Assembly: GCA_026025795.1 (NCBI GenBank)
Contig: JAPEUG010000028.1
Span: forward strand, 1-64,000
Length of the DNA stretch: 64,000 nt
Source: Thelocarpon superellum
Taxonomy: Eukaryota
Reading direction: 5' to 3'
Position numbers and translations under genes: made by a program. The notes under the pieces are model-generated. The model was not told the origin of the DNA. It was given only the letters and a program-made list of their open reading frames with translations, and ran no database searches. This document shows, piece by piece, positions 52,818-64,000 of the stretch (position 1 is its first letter; each line of letters begins with the position of its first letter).

Positions 52818-53479
52818 AAGGTCCACTGCTCTAGTCTCGTCTGTGTAGCGGCCTATGTCGGTGCTGCTGCTGCGTCGCGCAAGCCCTTCAAGACCGACGA
52901 CACCGCGAACGACACCACAAAGTACTAGTATGATAGTAGTACGTGGGCCACATGGTAGGCTCTGCCCCAGCAGCTTGTGCTATCGTGGGATCTGTCACTA
53001 ATTGATAGCCCGAACAGTTTCTTCATCTTGAGATGTTGGCAGCGGAGCCTTGGCTCTGGTGGACGACCACTCATACTGGAATACCCATCTCAACTTCACC
53101 GACCAGGCCACTTACAATAATCGAGAGTGTAGAGACCAGCATATCCTCGACATCGGTAGGACCGGTGACATTTGGGCCGTGAAGGCGCTACCGGTACGTG
53201 AGGCACGCAACGAGAGCCTCCTTACTGGAAACACGGGCACCCCCTTGACGATTAAGAACGGACAAGGGTCGTTCATGGGTCGGTTCCTGAGATCGTATCC
53301 CCGCTCGCTCCCCTGCGTAGGCCCCAATAGGACTGACGCATCTCTCTTGTCTTCTCGCCGGCTGCCCTCCCATCGCGGAACACACCAGCTACGCGCTCAA
53401 CTACACACTCATCAGCTACGCCCCAGGCACTGCCCCCAACGGCTGTGAGCCTGTCGCTTCAAGGAGGTCTCTCAGTGAT
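52818..53479 (+). pseudogene. Degenerate gene for a small secreted protein
   Basis: CACC-AAG-G where an ATG is expected before a signal-peptide-like segment; in-frame TAG at 52926; one intact and one acceptor-less intron; frameshifts. Confidence 0.55.
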
Positions 53480-53876
53480 CCCTGGTCTCTATTGAGAGGG
53501 CATGCTAAGAACTTGATTTTGATAGATCGTTGATCTACGTGTGTTCCGTTTCTCTACCTTCCCCTTCCCTTCCTGCCCTCGTCTGAATATTGTACATAGT
53601 AGCGACCGTGGCGTATATCATGACTGCAACCGTGACCGGAACGAAGATAGTGATACAAAGTGGGACAAAGGGAGAGAAAGGGAGCGTCGAATCGTAACGA
53701 TGTGGTGTGGTATAGTAAAAAGCACGCCGGCAGCATAGAGGGATCAAAGATCAGAAGGCACGAAGTGGGAATGGGAAAAGGGACGCACAAACAGGAGAAT
53801 GGGCAAGACGACGCTGAAGTGCAGCAGAGCCGGAAGATAACGGACAGAGGGGGAGGGAGGGGGGAAAGAGAGAGGA

Positions 53877-54977
53877 TCAAGGAGAAGAGTGAGCAGAGGT
53901 AGCGGTTGAGGTAGGGGCAGAGGTAAACGTAGAGGTAGAGGTCGAAGTCCCACTGGTAGCGGGAGTTGTAGGCGGAGCACCCCCCAAGGGAAACGCAAAC
54001 GAGCCATTCCACGCCCGATCGGCCTCCTCATCCTTTCCGGCCTCGCCCACGATGAACTCCAGCACCTGGCTCACGCGTGCATTCAAGATGCCCGCACCGT
54101 CGGACGGAGGCGGGGACAGCGAGAGGCCCGCGGCAGGAACACTGGCGCATTTGGCGCGCCACTCGTCCTCTTGCCTCTGCTTCAGGGCCCGGTCAACGCG
54201 CACGGGCACCGCCAGCGTCACTCGCACCAGATGCACGGTGAGGCGCACGCGGCCCACCACGTCCAGATATCCGAGGCCCATCAGCCGTTTCTGCACCCGT
54301 CGGATCCGACCAAGTTCGATGCAGATCAGGAGCGCGTAGGTGCGCGCCGTCAGCACTAGCTCGCGGATCCGGATGAAGCTCCGCTCCACCGTCACCACCA
54401 CTTCGTCGCTGACCAGATTCGGGTATTGCTTGTTCAGGGCTTCGAGGCCCTTCCGGACCACGACAAAGTCGCCCGTGATGAACTCGTGTAGGATGGCCTC
54501 CACGGCGCTGCGGAAGGTCTGGTCGCCGCCGACGAAGTTGGCCTGGGCCGGGGTGCGTGCATGGCTGGAGGACTTGGAGGCCCGGTCGTAGGTGCGTCGT
54601 GACGAGGGCGATTTGAGGATCTCAAAGGCGAGGCCGAGCTTCTGGAAGGCACTGGTGGACTGCGGGTGAAAGGGGGGCTTGTCCGGATGGCAGATCTTCG
54701 ATCGGTCGAGATAGCATCGTCGTAGTTCCGTCGCCGTGCTGGAGCGTGATGCCCCGAGGACTTTGTACAGCTGGATGGTGTCTTGTTAGTCCACGATGAT
54801 TTCGATCATGCACGGGCATACGCCTACATCGTCTTCCCGCAGGATGTCTGCCGTCTTCGTTAGCATCGCTCTTGCCTGCTCACCCATGATGCGCTCGAGA
54901 TGCATACCGTCAATCACGTCGTTCTTGGACGCGGTCCATGGTGCGCGCACCGTGGTGGCATCGGAGAACCAGGACAT
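53877..54977 (-). CDS. DnaJ (J-domain) protein
   Basis: Intron 54827-54771 yields DDLYKVLG...LRRCYLDRSKICHPDK...AFQKLGLAFEILKSPSSRRTYD, in frame with ORF 53877..54503. Confidence 0.88.
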
Positions 54978-55651
54978 GGTCGACGTAGTCGAGCCGAGGA
55001 ATGTAAGTGCGTCAACTGTGGAGGCACGCCATGCTCCTCACGCACGCCCGGCGCAGAGGGGACGGAGGCAGTTTGCAGTCCACCCGAGTGACTGCCGTCG
55101 ATCGTCGACAGGGCGTGAAGGAAAGAAAGACTACGATGGGAGATGGGTGACAATGCGTCGACGAGCATGTGCTTTTACCCTGTCCCTCCCAACGGGCCGA
55201 CTACTTGGACCGATTGCTTGGACCTCCTCTACCATAGCACTAACCAAGTCCACTCGACAGAGGCCCTGAATGTCTTCGGGGCTATCAATCCTTAACATGT
55301 GACAACAGGTGTGGCGGTCCCGAACGCGGCACTACCATTACGGTGGTCGACAGCGCGCATGACGGTGGCTGGTCGGTATCTCGTCTACCGTATGCCGTAG
55401 CCGGTGGGTTATGCATCCCCGCATAGCTCCCCTGCTACCGTGCGGCCGAAGCCAAGCCGCCAGCTTTAGAGCTTCGAGCCGACAGCTTGGACTTAGGGCA
55501 ATTGAAGCGGATTAATGATCGACGATCCAATAATGGCCGATAGCTCCAACTCCGTCGGCCGATAGCCATACAATGCATACAATGGGCCGAGTAACCATCA
55601 CAAGCATCATAAAACAGCCCTCTAGATCAGCGCCATCACTCTCCGCGCACC

Positions 55652-56180
55652 ATATCGCGTTTCTTTCTCCACCCCTCTCGGACGCCGAAGACCAACCGCT
55701 TGCCCGCGCCATCCTCGCTAGTCATGTTCTACACCGAGCTTTCCACGCCGGCGCCATGGTTGGCATCACGTTTAGTTCCGCACGCTTGCTCCTCCGGCTC
55801 GGAAATTTAGGTGGTGCGCCCTTCTGGCCGCTGCTCGGAACTACCATCGAACGGTCCACAGGCGTTGGAGCTCTCGTGGGGGTCAGCCTGCTCACCGCCG
55901 CGCTCCCCCTCCGCATGGCCCGTCGCGCCCCGATCGAATGGCAAGATCGAAGCTGGCATTTATTGGAGAACCCATGGCAAGTCGAGGTGGATGACTAAAA
56001 CTTGGGTGGCATGGCCCCAGGTGCCGCGTCCCTCTTCTGCAGCCATTGGGTGGGGTTGCACGGGGCTGGAGACAAGTCGCTGGGAGGGTCGGTTTGGGTA
56101 GCACTGTGGGGGTCATGGGATACACGTTCTGGAGATACGGCGTGCATGGTGACCGACATCCAGACTCTGCTCGACAGATA
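55652..56180 (+). pseudogene. Pseudogene of a small fungal membrane protein (AEDQP...IEWQDRSW..LEN type)
   Basis: ATA in place of ATG, frameshift before AEDQP, TAA at 55996 where Trp is expected, second frameshift before GWRQVAGRVGLGSTVGVMGYTFWRYG. End approximate. Confidence 0.65.
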
Positions 56181-56532
56181 CTGCAACTCGTACTCGTCCT
56201 TCGTACAAAATATGAGTCTACCTGTTGGAGTATCGGTCGAAGCCGTCCGAGCGCTGGGACCGCCGGAGGACGGAGTTCTAGCGGGCGGTACGGAACAGCT
56301 CTAGTTAAGCATGGTGCCAGGGTGCGGCCTGCACTCGGGCCCTCTGCATGCGGTGCGGACGCGAACTCGTGATCTTAGGGTTCGAAGGCGGGCACGACCG
56401 TCATAGTGACGATCGTCATCGCCATGCGGCACCGCATCCACGCTCGTTGGTCAAGTAACGCGGTGCCCTCTTTAATCCCACACTGATGCTGCAGCAGCAT
56501 CCCCTACATGCGTGCAGATGGTTGTGCAGATC

Positions 56533-59500
56533 ATGGACGAGCCTCCAGACGGGGTCCGTCCAAAGACGACCATCGTCGACCCAGTGGGTCCAGTGAATGA
56601 AAGTCCCACCTCCACCAACCCCCATCAGCCCCCCTTTCCTCAGCTCTCCGATGAAGCCGCGCCGCGTCAGGAGAGATCCGGCGCCGCCACTCCACTCAGC
56701 GGCGAGGCCGACGAGGCCGGCGCCGCCCCCTGCTTCGACCGATCGGCCAGTCCTAGCGCTACGCTTATGAGGAACCGCGGCGCGTCTTACGACCGCGTCG
56801 ACGACCACGGGGTGTGCAAGATGCACAAGTTCTCCCTGTACGAGACCGCCACGCGCTTCTACGTCGTCGGCGGTGACATCTTGGACCGGCACTTCCGGGT
56901 CTTGAAGATCGATCGGACCGCCGACGTCGGACAGCTCGCCATTTCCGAGGATGATATCATCTATACCAAGCTCGAGATGGACCAACTGCTCAACGCCATC
57001 GACGACGGCAACCGCAGCTCGGGTGGTATGAGGCTGAAGTGCACTTTCTGGGGGATCTTGGGCTTCATCCGCTTCACCGGTGCCTACCACATGCTGCTCA
57101 TCACCAAGCGGAGCCAGGTCGCCATGATCGGCGGCCACTACATCTTTCAGATTGACGACACCGAGCTCGTCACCCTCACCACCGCCAACTCCTCGCGCTT
57201 TCGGTCCGACCGGAACCCCGAGGAGACTCGCTTTCTCGCCATCCTCAACAACCTCGACCTGACCCGATCCTTCTACTACAGCTACTCCTACGACATCACG
57301 CGGACCCTACAGCACAACATCGCCCGTGAACGGGAAGTCCTCGCCACTGCGGGCCCGCGTCCGGGTCGACCCATGTATCATGCCAATGCCATGTTTGCCT
57401 GGAACCATTATCTCTTGGAGCCGGCGGTGGAGTCTTTGAAAAACACGTATGATTGGTGTTTGCCCATTGTCCATGGCTATGTGGATCAAGCCAGTAAGCA
57501 AATGCCAACCCTAACCCCATACGCCTATGAAGAGGCGGCGAGGCCTGACAGCCCTAGTATTATCGGTCTATGGAAGGACCGTGTACATTACCATCATCGC
57601 ACGACGCTCCCGTTTCTTCGCGGGCGCACGGTTCTTGAAGCGCGGCGCCAATGACTTGGTATGTCATGACGGTGGAGGTTGTTGCGGGCCATATTGACTC
57701 TTCGCTTGAGGGCTATGTCGCCAATGATGTAGAGACGGAGCAGATTGTTTCGGAGATGATGACCACCTCCTTCCATGCTCCAGGACCCGAGCTCTATGCG
57801 AGCCCGCACTACACCTCCTACGTCCAGCATCGTGGGAGTATCCCCCTACATTGGACGCAGGACAACACAGGAGTCAGCCCCAAGCCCCCGATCGAACGTA
57901 AGCTTGCTGTTCTCTCGCAACAAAGTATGGACTCTCTGACCTCGGATAGTCAATCTGGTCGATCCGTTTTACGTGGCGGCCGCCCTTCATTTTGACGATT
58001 TGTTTGAACGATATGGGGCACCCATTTACGTGCTGAATCTAATCAAGGCATGACCACCATGACAGAGATGATGCGCATGACTGACTCCTCTAGGCTCGAG
58101 AGAGGGCGCCCCGGGAATCCAAACTCTTGCTCGAGTACGCCAATGCCGTCACATATCTCAATCAATTTCTTCCCGAGGACAAAAAGATCATCTATCGCGC
58201 ATGGGACATGAGTCGAGCGTCCAAGAGGTGAGGATGCTAGAAAGATGTTGTGCGTTGGCTAATCAGCGGCAGTCGTGATCAAGACGTCATTGGCACGCTC
58301 GAACACATCGCCGATGAGGTCGTTCGGACGACAGGCTTCTTCCACAACGGTGACGTGGAAACGTCTCAGCCTCGGATGCAGAATGGCGTGGCCCGGACGA
58401 ACTGTATCGACTGCCTCGATCGAACCAATGCGGCGCAATTTGTCATTGGCAAGCGAGCCCTGGGCCATCAACTGCATGCCTTGGGTATCATTGAGGATAC
58501 GTCCATCGACTATGACACTGATGCGGTGAACCTCTTTACGCACATGTACGCATCTGCGAGGGATGGCATGCACGCGCGCTGACGGGATAGGTACCACGAC
58601 CACGGCGATACCATTGCCGTCCAGTACGGAGGATCTCATCTGGTCAACACCATGGAGACGTACCGCAAGATCAACCAATGGACCAGCCATTCGCGCGACA
58701 TGGTGGAGAGCTTCAAACGCTATTATAACAACTCTTTTCTCGACGGACAACGGCAAGAGGCGTACAACCTCTTCCTGGGCAACTACATCTTCGCCCAGGG
58801 TCAACCGATGCTGTGGGATCTCTCGACGGACTATTATCTCCACCACTCCGATCCTCGCACCTGGCTGAAGAAGCAACGTCGCAGCTACATCTCGTGGTTC
58901 ACACCAGCAGCACTCCGTACGCGAGCATTGCCGCCGCTCCCTCGCCATGCCGAACTCATCAAGCACCAGCCGCTGGCCTTTTTCGACGACTACTGGCTGG
59001 AGTATTACCGACCGCTGTCCCTGTCGTCATTTATGAAGGTCTTTTCTTACAAGATGAACTCGACCTTGCGATATGTTCCGGTCAAATCCACGCAGGACGG
59101 TCGATATGATCTCAGTCCCTTCTGCGTTCGGACCGGGACGGAGCATGAGGCGATAGACAAGGGACGAGGCAAGAAGGGGGTGAATTTCATGGAGACCAAC
59201 GAGGAGAGCAGCGATGATACGTCGTCGCAGTTCTCCTTCAGCACGTCGCCTAAGAAAGGTGAGAAGCGCGGGAAGCACGAGAAGGGCGAGCGGTCCGGAA
59301 CGACGTCCAAAGGCATTTCCATCCAACGATGGCTTCAACCACAATTGAGCGAAAAGACGATGGATCGTCACCATCATCACCACCACCACCAGCCCCACCA
59401 TCACAGTCACCATCCACGTCATCATCGCTCGCCCAGCGGCGGCATCTTGAAGGAGCCCCGGAATGACACACCCTCGTACCCGCACATGGAGACACATTTT

Positions 59501-59932
59501 GACGTCCTCACCCCCGCCACCAGCACACATGCGATGCCCTCGGCCACGGTAGACAAGTCGCTCGCGGCGCAGTGGACCCTCGACGACTTTGTCACCAACT
59601 CGCTCAATCCGTCCGTCACCCGGGCCGAAGCACGGGAATACAACCGCTACGTGAGCCACCCGCTCAACCTCCCGCTGGTCATCTCAACCGACACGCCGTC
59701 GAACCCCAGTCTCGACCTGGTGCAATACGTCACCGGTGTCCGTCCATCCTTCTTCCCCTCCTCCTCCTCCACCGTCAAAGAAGAAGACCTCGCCGACTTT
59801 GCCGACTTTTTGGACGTGTCGGAGAACCCCCTCACCGTTAGCGAGGCCGACGCGCCCAAGAAGCGATATAAAGCGTACCGGCAGTGGCTGAAGGGGAAAT
59901 CGCTCTTTAAGCAGATTCGCGTTGATGCGTGA
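56533..59932 (+). CDS. FIG4: PI(3,5)P2 5-phosphatase, SAC domain
   Basis: [34 protein letters not shown], catalytic [24 protein letters not shown]; six introns. Confidence 0.95.
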
Positions 59933-60112
59933 GGGCGTCATGCCCCGACGGTGTTGATCGGTCGTGACTCGGTGCAAGGTGGTGTCCCTCGGCGTGCTAT
60001 TATGTATATATGAGGTAGCATATGTTAGCACAGGAGCATAGCGAGGGGCGGAGGGAGCAGCGGAGGAGAAGGCTTATGAAACGTGAATCCTATTGCATCT
60101 TATTACAATGTT

Positions 60113-62060
60113 TCATGGTCCTAGTAACAAGGCCTGATCCCTGATGAGGAGCGGATGAGCAGCGACGAGATCGTGCAGTTCCACGCCCAGCAGATCCTTT
60201 TCCTTTATTCCTCCCTCTTCTTTCGAAGAAAAAGACGTCGCGATAGCGCGTAAGAGACGGAGAATATCTCGCAGGACGAGCGTGATTCTTCCCCTGACTC
60301 CGCTATCCCCCTCTTCCTCTTCTTCCTTCCCCTCGCTGTCTTCTCCATCCTCATCCTCGTGGTCATCCAAGTCCCGTGCGATACGGACCCTTGCCACCAA
60401 AACCCCTCTCAACACCTCTTCCTTCCAAAAGCACACGCGAGGCCAAGCACTCACCATCACACCCCTCATCGCCGTCGCGGCGCCCAGGATTAGCCTGGGA
60501 GAGGCCGTGGCGAAAGGATCAGCCAGGATACCAGCCAGGAGGGGCATGATGGTCGGTAGGAGCACGACGCTGTGCACGCCCATTTCCGAGACGAGCGGCA
60601 CCGCGTGGGATAGGAGGGCGGTGAGCATGGATGGTGTTTCGACGCAGTGTGCGTGGCCCGGGAGGAGCCCGGTGTGGTATATTTCCATTAGCGACCGGAT
60701 GCGGGGGGGTGTGGTGGACAGCTCGTTTTGGCTGCCGGTGCGGGTACGGGTGGTAGAAGAAATCGGAGGATGAGGTGGAGTGGACGGATACTGGATTCGC
60801 GAGAGGACGATCAGCGCGGGATATGCGGCGTCCAGCAAGCCGATCGATTCGTCCACCGGCGTCAGGGGTGGGAGGTACAGGAGACATGGCATGAGGGCGT
60901 CGTGCATCACGGAGCCGAGGCCGGTGCGGGCCAAGAGGGAGGGAGAGGTGCGAGACAGGAGCTCTGTGAGCAGGGCACACCCCTTGGCTTTCATCGGTGC
61001 TGCCGTGTCGTCGAGGAGGGTCAGGATGGGCGGGATGAGCAGCGGCCAGTTGGATTCGATGTCCTTGGCCTACAAATTGTTAGACTTGAGGATAGATGTG
61101 GCTGAGACCTGTGCCGGATGGTCAAAACAAGACCTACGTTCAGATTCGACAAGGCCCATCGAAGCACGGTCAGCATGTAGATGCGACTGTGTTTCCACGC
61201 TTTCGACACCGTCTCGGACGTGATATCCTCATGTGCTCTCCGCATGGGCGTCATGGCCTTTCGGCCGGCGGGCGTGACGGCCGGGGTGGCAGAGTGCAAA
61301 AAGAGAGGCCGCATCTGGTCCCGCAGAATATGCTCGACGAGCACGGCTGGCTCCGTGGCCGCATGATGATATTTCTGAAGGAGGGCCGTGGCGTTTTGGA
61401 ATGCTGCGCTGTTGGTCCAGGGGTCGGATGGCGAGGTATAGATTGCTAGGCTGAGAACCACGTCTTCTTGCTTGTCATATTGTTGTAGGGGGAGATGAGA
61501 GTCAAGAATGGCAATGATCTCGATGCCGAGACGGGATATATGCTTGAATCTTGCAGAGTGTACTGCCACATCGTCGACCACATTCTCTGCTCTTCTTAGT
61601 GGTGATCAGACGATATGGCCAAGAGACAACAAAAATGATCACCTCGCTTACCATTTTCATATTCCGATCGAGGCAGGATCGATGCCGGTGGATGGAGAAT
61701 CCTAGCTCCCCAACCATACAAGAAGCCAATCTCAACTTCATCTCCCGCCACGCGTTGAATACGATCTGGATCTTCGAGGCATGCTCGCACGACATGAAGG
61801 CGTTTCAACAGCTACGGACGTCAGGAGAATCATCGAGATTGGGTTCTCTACACGTACATCCGTATCATCGTGCTTGAGCGTCAGAACTTGATTCTTCAAC
61901 TCGGAGAAAGTAGAGCATTCCGTGAGAACTTGGGGAATGTTAGCTGTTACGCGCATGAGGGCATGGAACGACTGCCCTCTGCGATATCCAAAATGCTCGA
62001 AACACTTCCCGGCGTCTCTTGAAGTAGGTCGCCATGGATCCGACGAGCCGTGATCTCCAT
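60113..62060 (-). CDS. TTI2: TTT complex subunit Tti2-like HEAT-repeat protein
   Basis: RPLF..TPAGRK, MKAKGC..L, RTGLG.V..DALMPCLLYLP.LTP..ES..LL..AYPAL. Four predicted introns; 5' exons are less certain. Confidence 0.78.
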
Positions 62061-62950
62061 CGTCTACGTGATATCAAGTTGGACAAATTGATCTTTACGA
62101 GATATTTCGTTTACGCGCTCCTCACGTGCACGCGGGCTGCCCCGCGACCATGATGTCGACGCTCGCGAGTCGCGACGCCGGCTCTCAAGCTTCGTGTGCT
62201 CTGCAGGCACAGCCTCGATCAAGTCATCAATGGAGCTGTGGTCTAGATTGATCCAGCATTGAGCCTAGTCCAGGCCTGAGGTGTGGCTTGGTCAGAGCAT
62301 AATGTGCGACGTGCATGATTCGACCGAACGTATCAGCAATCAATATGCCGCCGTTTGCTTGAGTTCGTTTCGAGGTTCGTTTCCGGTGACCCTTAATACT
62401 CGTCGCCTAGATGCTCGTAGTCGTCGGTCCGAGCACTCTCACGACACGAAAGGGAGTCACGGCCTCCCACTCTTCCCTTCACAGCGTCCAGGTGAAGCTT
62501 GATCTTGACCGACGATGGCGGTGGTCAACAAGCGACGTATCGCTCTCACATCGGCCTGTCGAGGATTGCCCAGAAGCATCCTCCCTCCGCGCAATTGATG
62601 ATCTCGAGCGGGATGCACGGTGCACAATCCACAAAGGCATTACTCCAAGCCCTTCTCAATGCGAACAGACTGTGCGGTAGTCATATCGAGTTGAGACGCC
62701 ATCTAGACCCGAAAAGGTGCATCCTCTGCCATGCACAAGCGCAAAGCCTTCACTCTTCTCTTCACACTTCTATTTCTAGACATAGGCCCGACTCGCATGC
62801 GGTATAAGATATGACCTGTTCTACTATTATGAAGAGCATCGTTCGTCGCATTTCGTCATTCCCTCGCCAAGCCACTTTTGTCTCTACTTTCTCTTTCGGT
62901 GACAGCCCTCAACACTCCAAGCCGGATCTCTCTTCAACCTTTTACCACTA

Positions 62951-62982
62951 CCGTTCCTCGACCACCCCGTTCCTCGACCACC
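62951..62982. repeat. 16-bp perfect tandem duplication in a 5' UTR
   Basis: CCGTTCCTCGACCACC twice, ending 6 bp before the ATG at 62989. Confidence 0.9.
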
Positions 62983-62988
62983 GACACG

Positions 62989-63471
62989 ATGAAGTTTACC
63001 ATCCTCGCCTCCTTTCTGGCCCTCACTACTTTCGCCACGGCCGATCTCACGTGGAACGTGGAGACGAATTGCAACGCTGGGAGCGACATGTGCACGTTCG
63101 AGCACATGATCGGGCTCTGCGGCAAGGGCCAGACGTGCATGCAGGCGCTGCTGACCAAGCTGCAGAGCATGAACCAGGCACAGAAGTTCGGCCAGAACGA
63201 CAAGATTGCCTGCGTCGGCCGCAACAACCTCGTCGGTGAGCTCTGCATCGTCGGGAGCCATTTCCAGGTCCGCCATGACCACGTCACGGTCAAAGCGGCG
63301 GCAAACATCACGCAGAGCCTGATCGATGCCGCGTGTACCACTTGTGGCTCCGCGACCGTGACGCAGAGCCGTATAGGCCCTGACCCGTCTAACTTGGCGC
63401 GGAATGCTTCGGCTTTCGTCTCGAGGAAGGTTATCTCCGTTGACTATTACGCGGAGATCTTTCACGGGTAG
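62989..63471 (+). CDS. Small secreted cysteine-rich protein, KP4 killer-toxin-like (160 aa)
   Basis: Signal peptide MKFTILASFLALTTFATA, 8 Cys, pattern NC..GS..C ... IAC ... LC ... ACTTCGS ... ISVDYY. Confidence 0.7.
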   Translation: MKFTILASFLALTTFATADLTWNVETNCNAGSDMCTFEHMIGLCGKGQTCMQALLTKLQSMNQAQKFGQNDKIACVGRNNLVGELCIVGSHFQVRHDHVTVKAAANITQSLIDAACTTCGSATVTQSRIGPDPSNLARNASAFVSRKVISVDYYAEIFHG

Positions 63472-63777
63472 AGCAACAGGTCGACAGACGCAATTAGTTC
63501 ACCAGGGATGGAGGGCGCAAGAGAGGGACAGAAAGACGGGAGAGAGGAAAAGAAAGCGTCGTATATGGCGCCCGGTATTCTGGACGAAGTGTTATGGAAG
63601 ATGATTCCGTGAATGACCGACGGAGATGTGATTCAGCCAGGCAGTCAACTCCCGTTTCCTGGTATGGACAGCGGAAGCGGATCTAAGTGGATGTACGACT
63701 CAAGGAGAGAAGCAAGATGACCCAACGCTATGCCGGCTCATCTTCGCAAAGGGGTCCCTCTCCACTCCCTTGCTCTC

Positions 63778-64000
63778 TTATAGCTCAAGAGCCAACTCGC
63801 CCAGTTTCCAATGTGCAGGCTCCCAGATCACGCCCGTGGCGCTGCCACAGCACCCGTACGAAACGTATGATCCGTTGCACGGACACGCCATCTCTTCTCC
63901 GTCCTCATCGACCAGCACGTCCTGCTCGTCCCACCGGAACGACGGATCGTCCAAGTCGGCGTGAGATGGAGGCGGCGTCTTCTGCCTGCGTCGAATCTTG
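63778..64000 (-). CDS. 3' end of an uncharacterised protein (not in the ORF track)
   Basis: Open frame from the window edge ending CPCNGSYVSYGCCGSATGVIWEPAHWKLGELALEL*. Confidence 0.65.
   Translation of the reverse strand, partial: KIRRRQKTPPPSHADLDDPSFRWDEQDVLVDEDGEEMACPCNGSYVSYGCCGSATGVIWEPAHWKLGELALEL

Noticed and set aside
57505..57517. CAACCCTAACCC telomere-like or telomerase-template-like sequence
   Set aside because: Only about two units, inside a 64-nt FIG4 intron; no supporting structure.

Overview
Gene-dense eukaryotic DNA from a filamentous ascomycete (Pezizomycotina): short GT-AG introns with CTRAY branch points, and no CRISPR arrays, rRNA, tRNA or recognisable transposons. It holds about 27 intact or partial protein-coding genes and 2 apparent pseudogenes. 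The left part has a TMEM19/DUF92 3' end, two TPR-like hypothetical genes and a cell-surface group (PIR protein, Zn2Cys6 transcription factor, GPI-anchored mucin-like protein). The centre is a compact housekeeping block: MET5, KEI1, YPT6, NOP53, CFA synthase, RNH203, DUF4385, ESA1, DCS1, CEF1, PEX12, LEU5, METTL4-like, ATP25, RPO41. An accessory patch follows (GH16, two pseudogenes, an unusual J-domain gene), then FIG4, TTI2, a KP4-toxin-like secreted protein and a partial gene at the right edge. The most notable observations are a candidate H/ACA snoRNA with its own triple CACGTG promoter behind RPO41, the KP4-like effector, the two pseudogenes, tandem uORFs before LEU5, and non-canonical splice sites in FIG4. 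Gene identities come from recalled family motifs and hand-built splice models; no database search was run.
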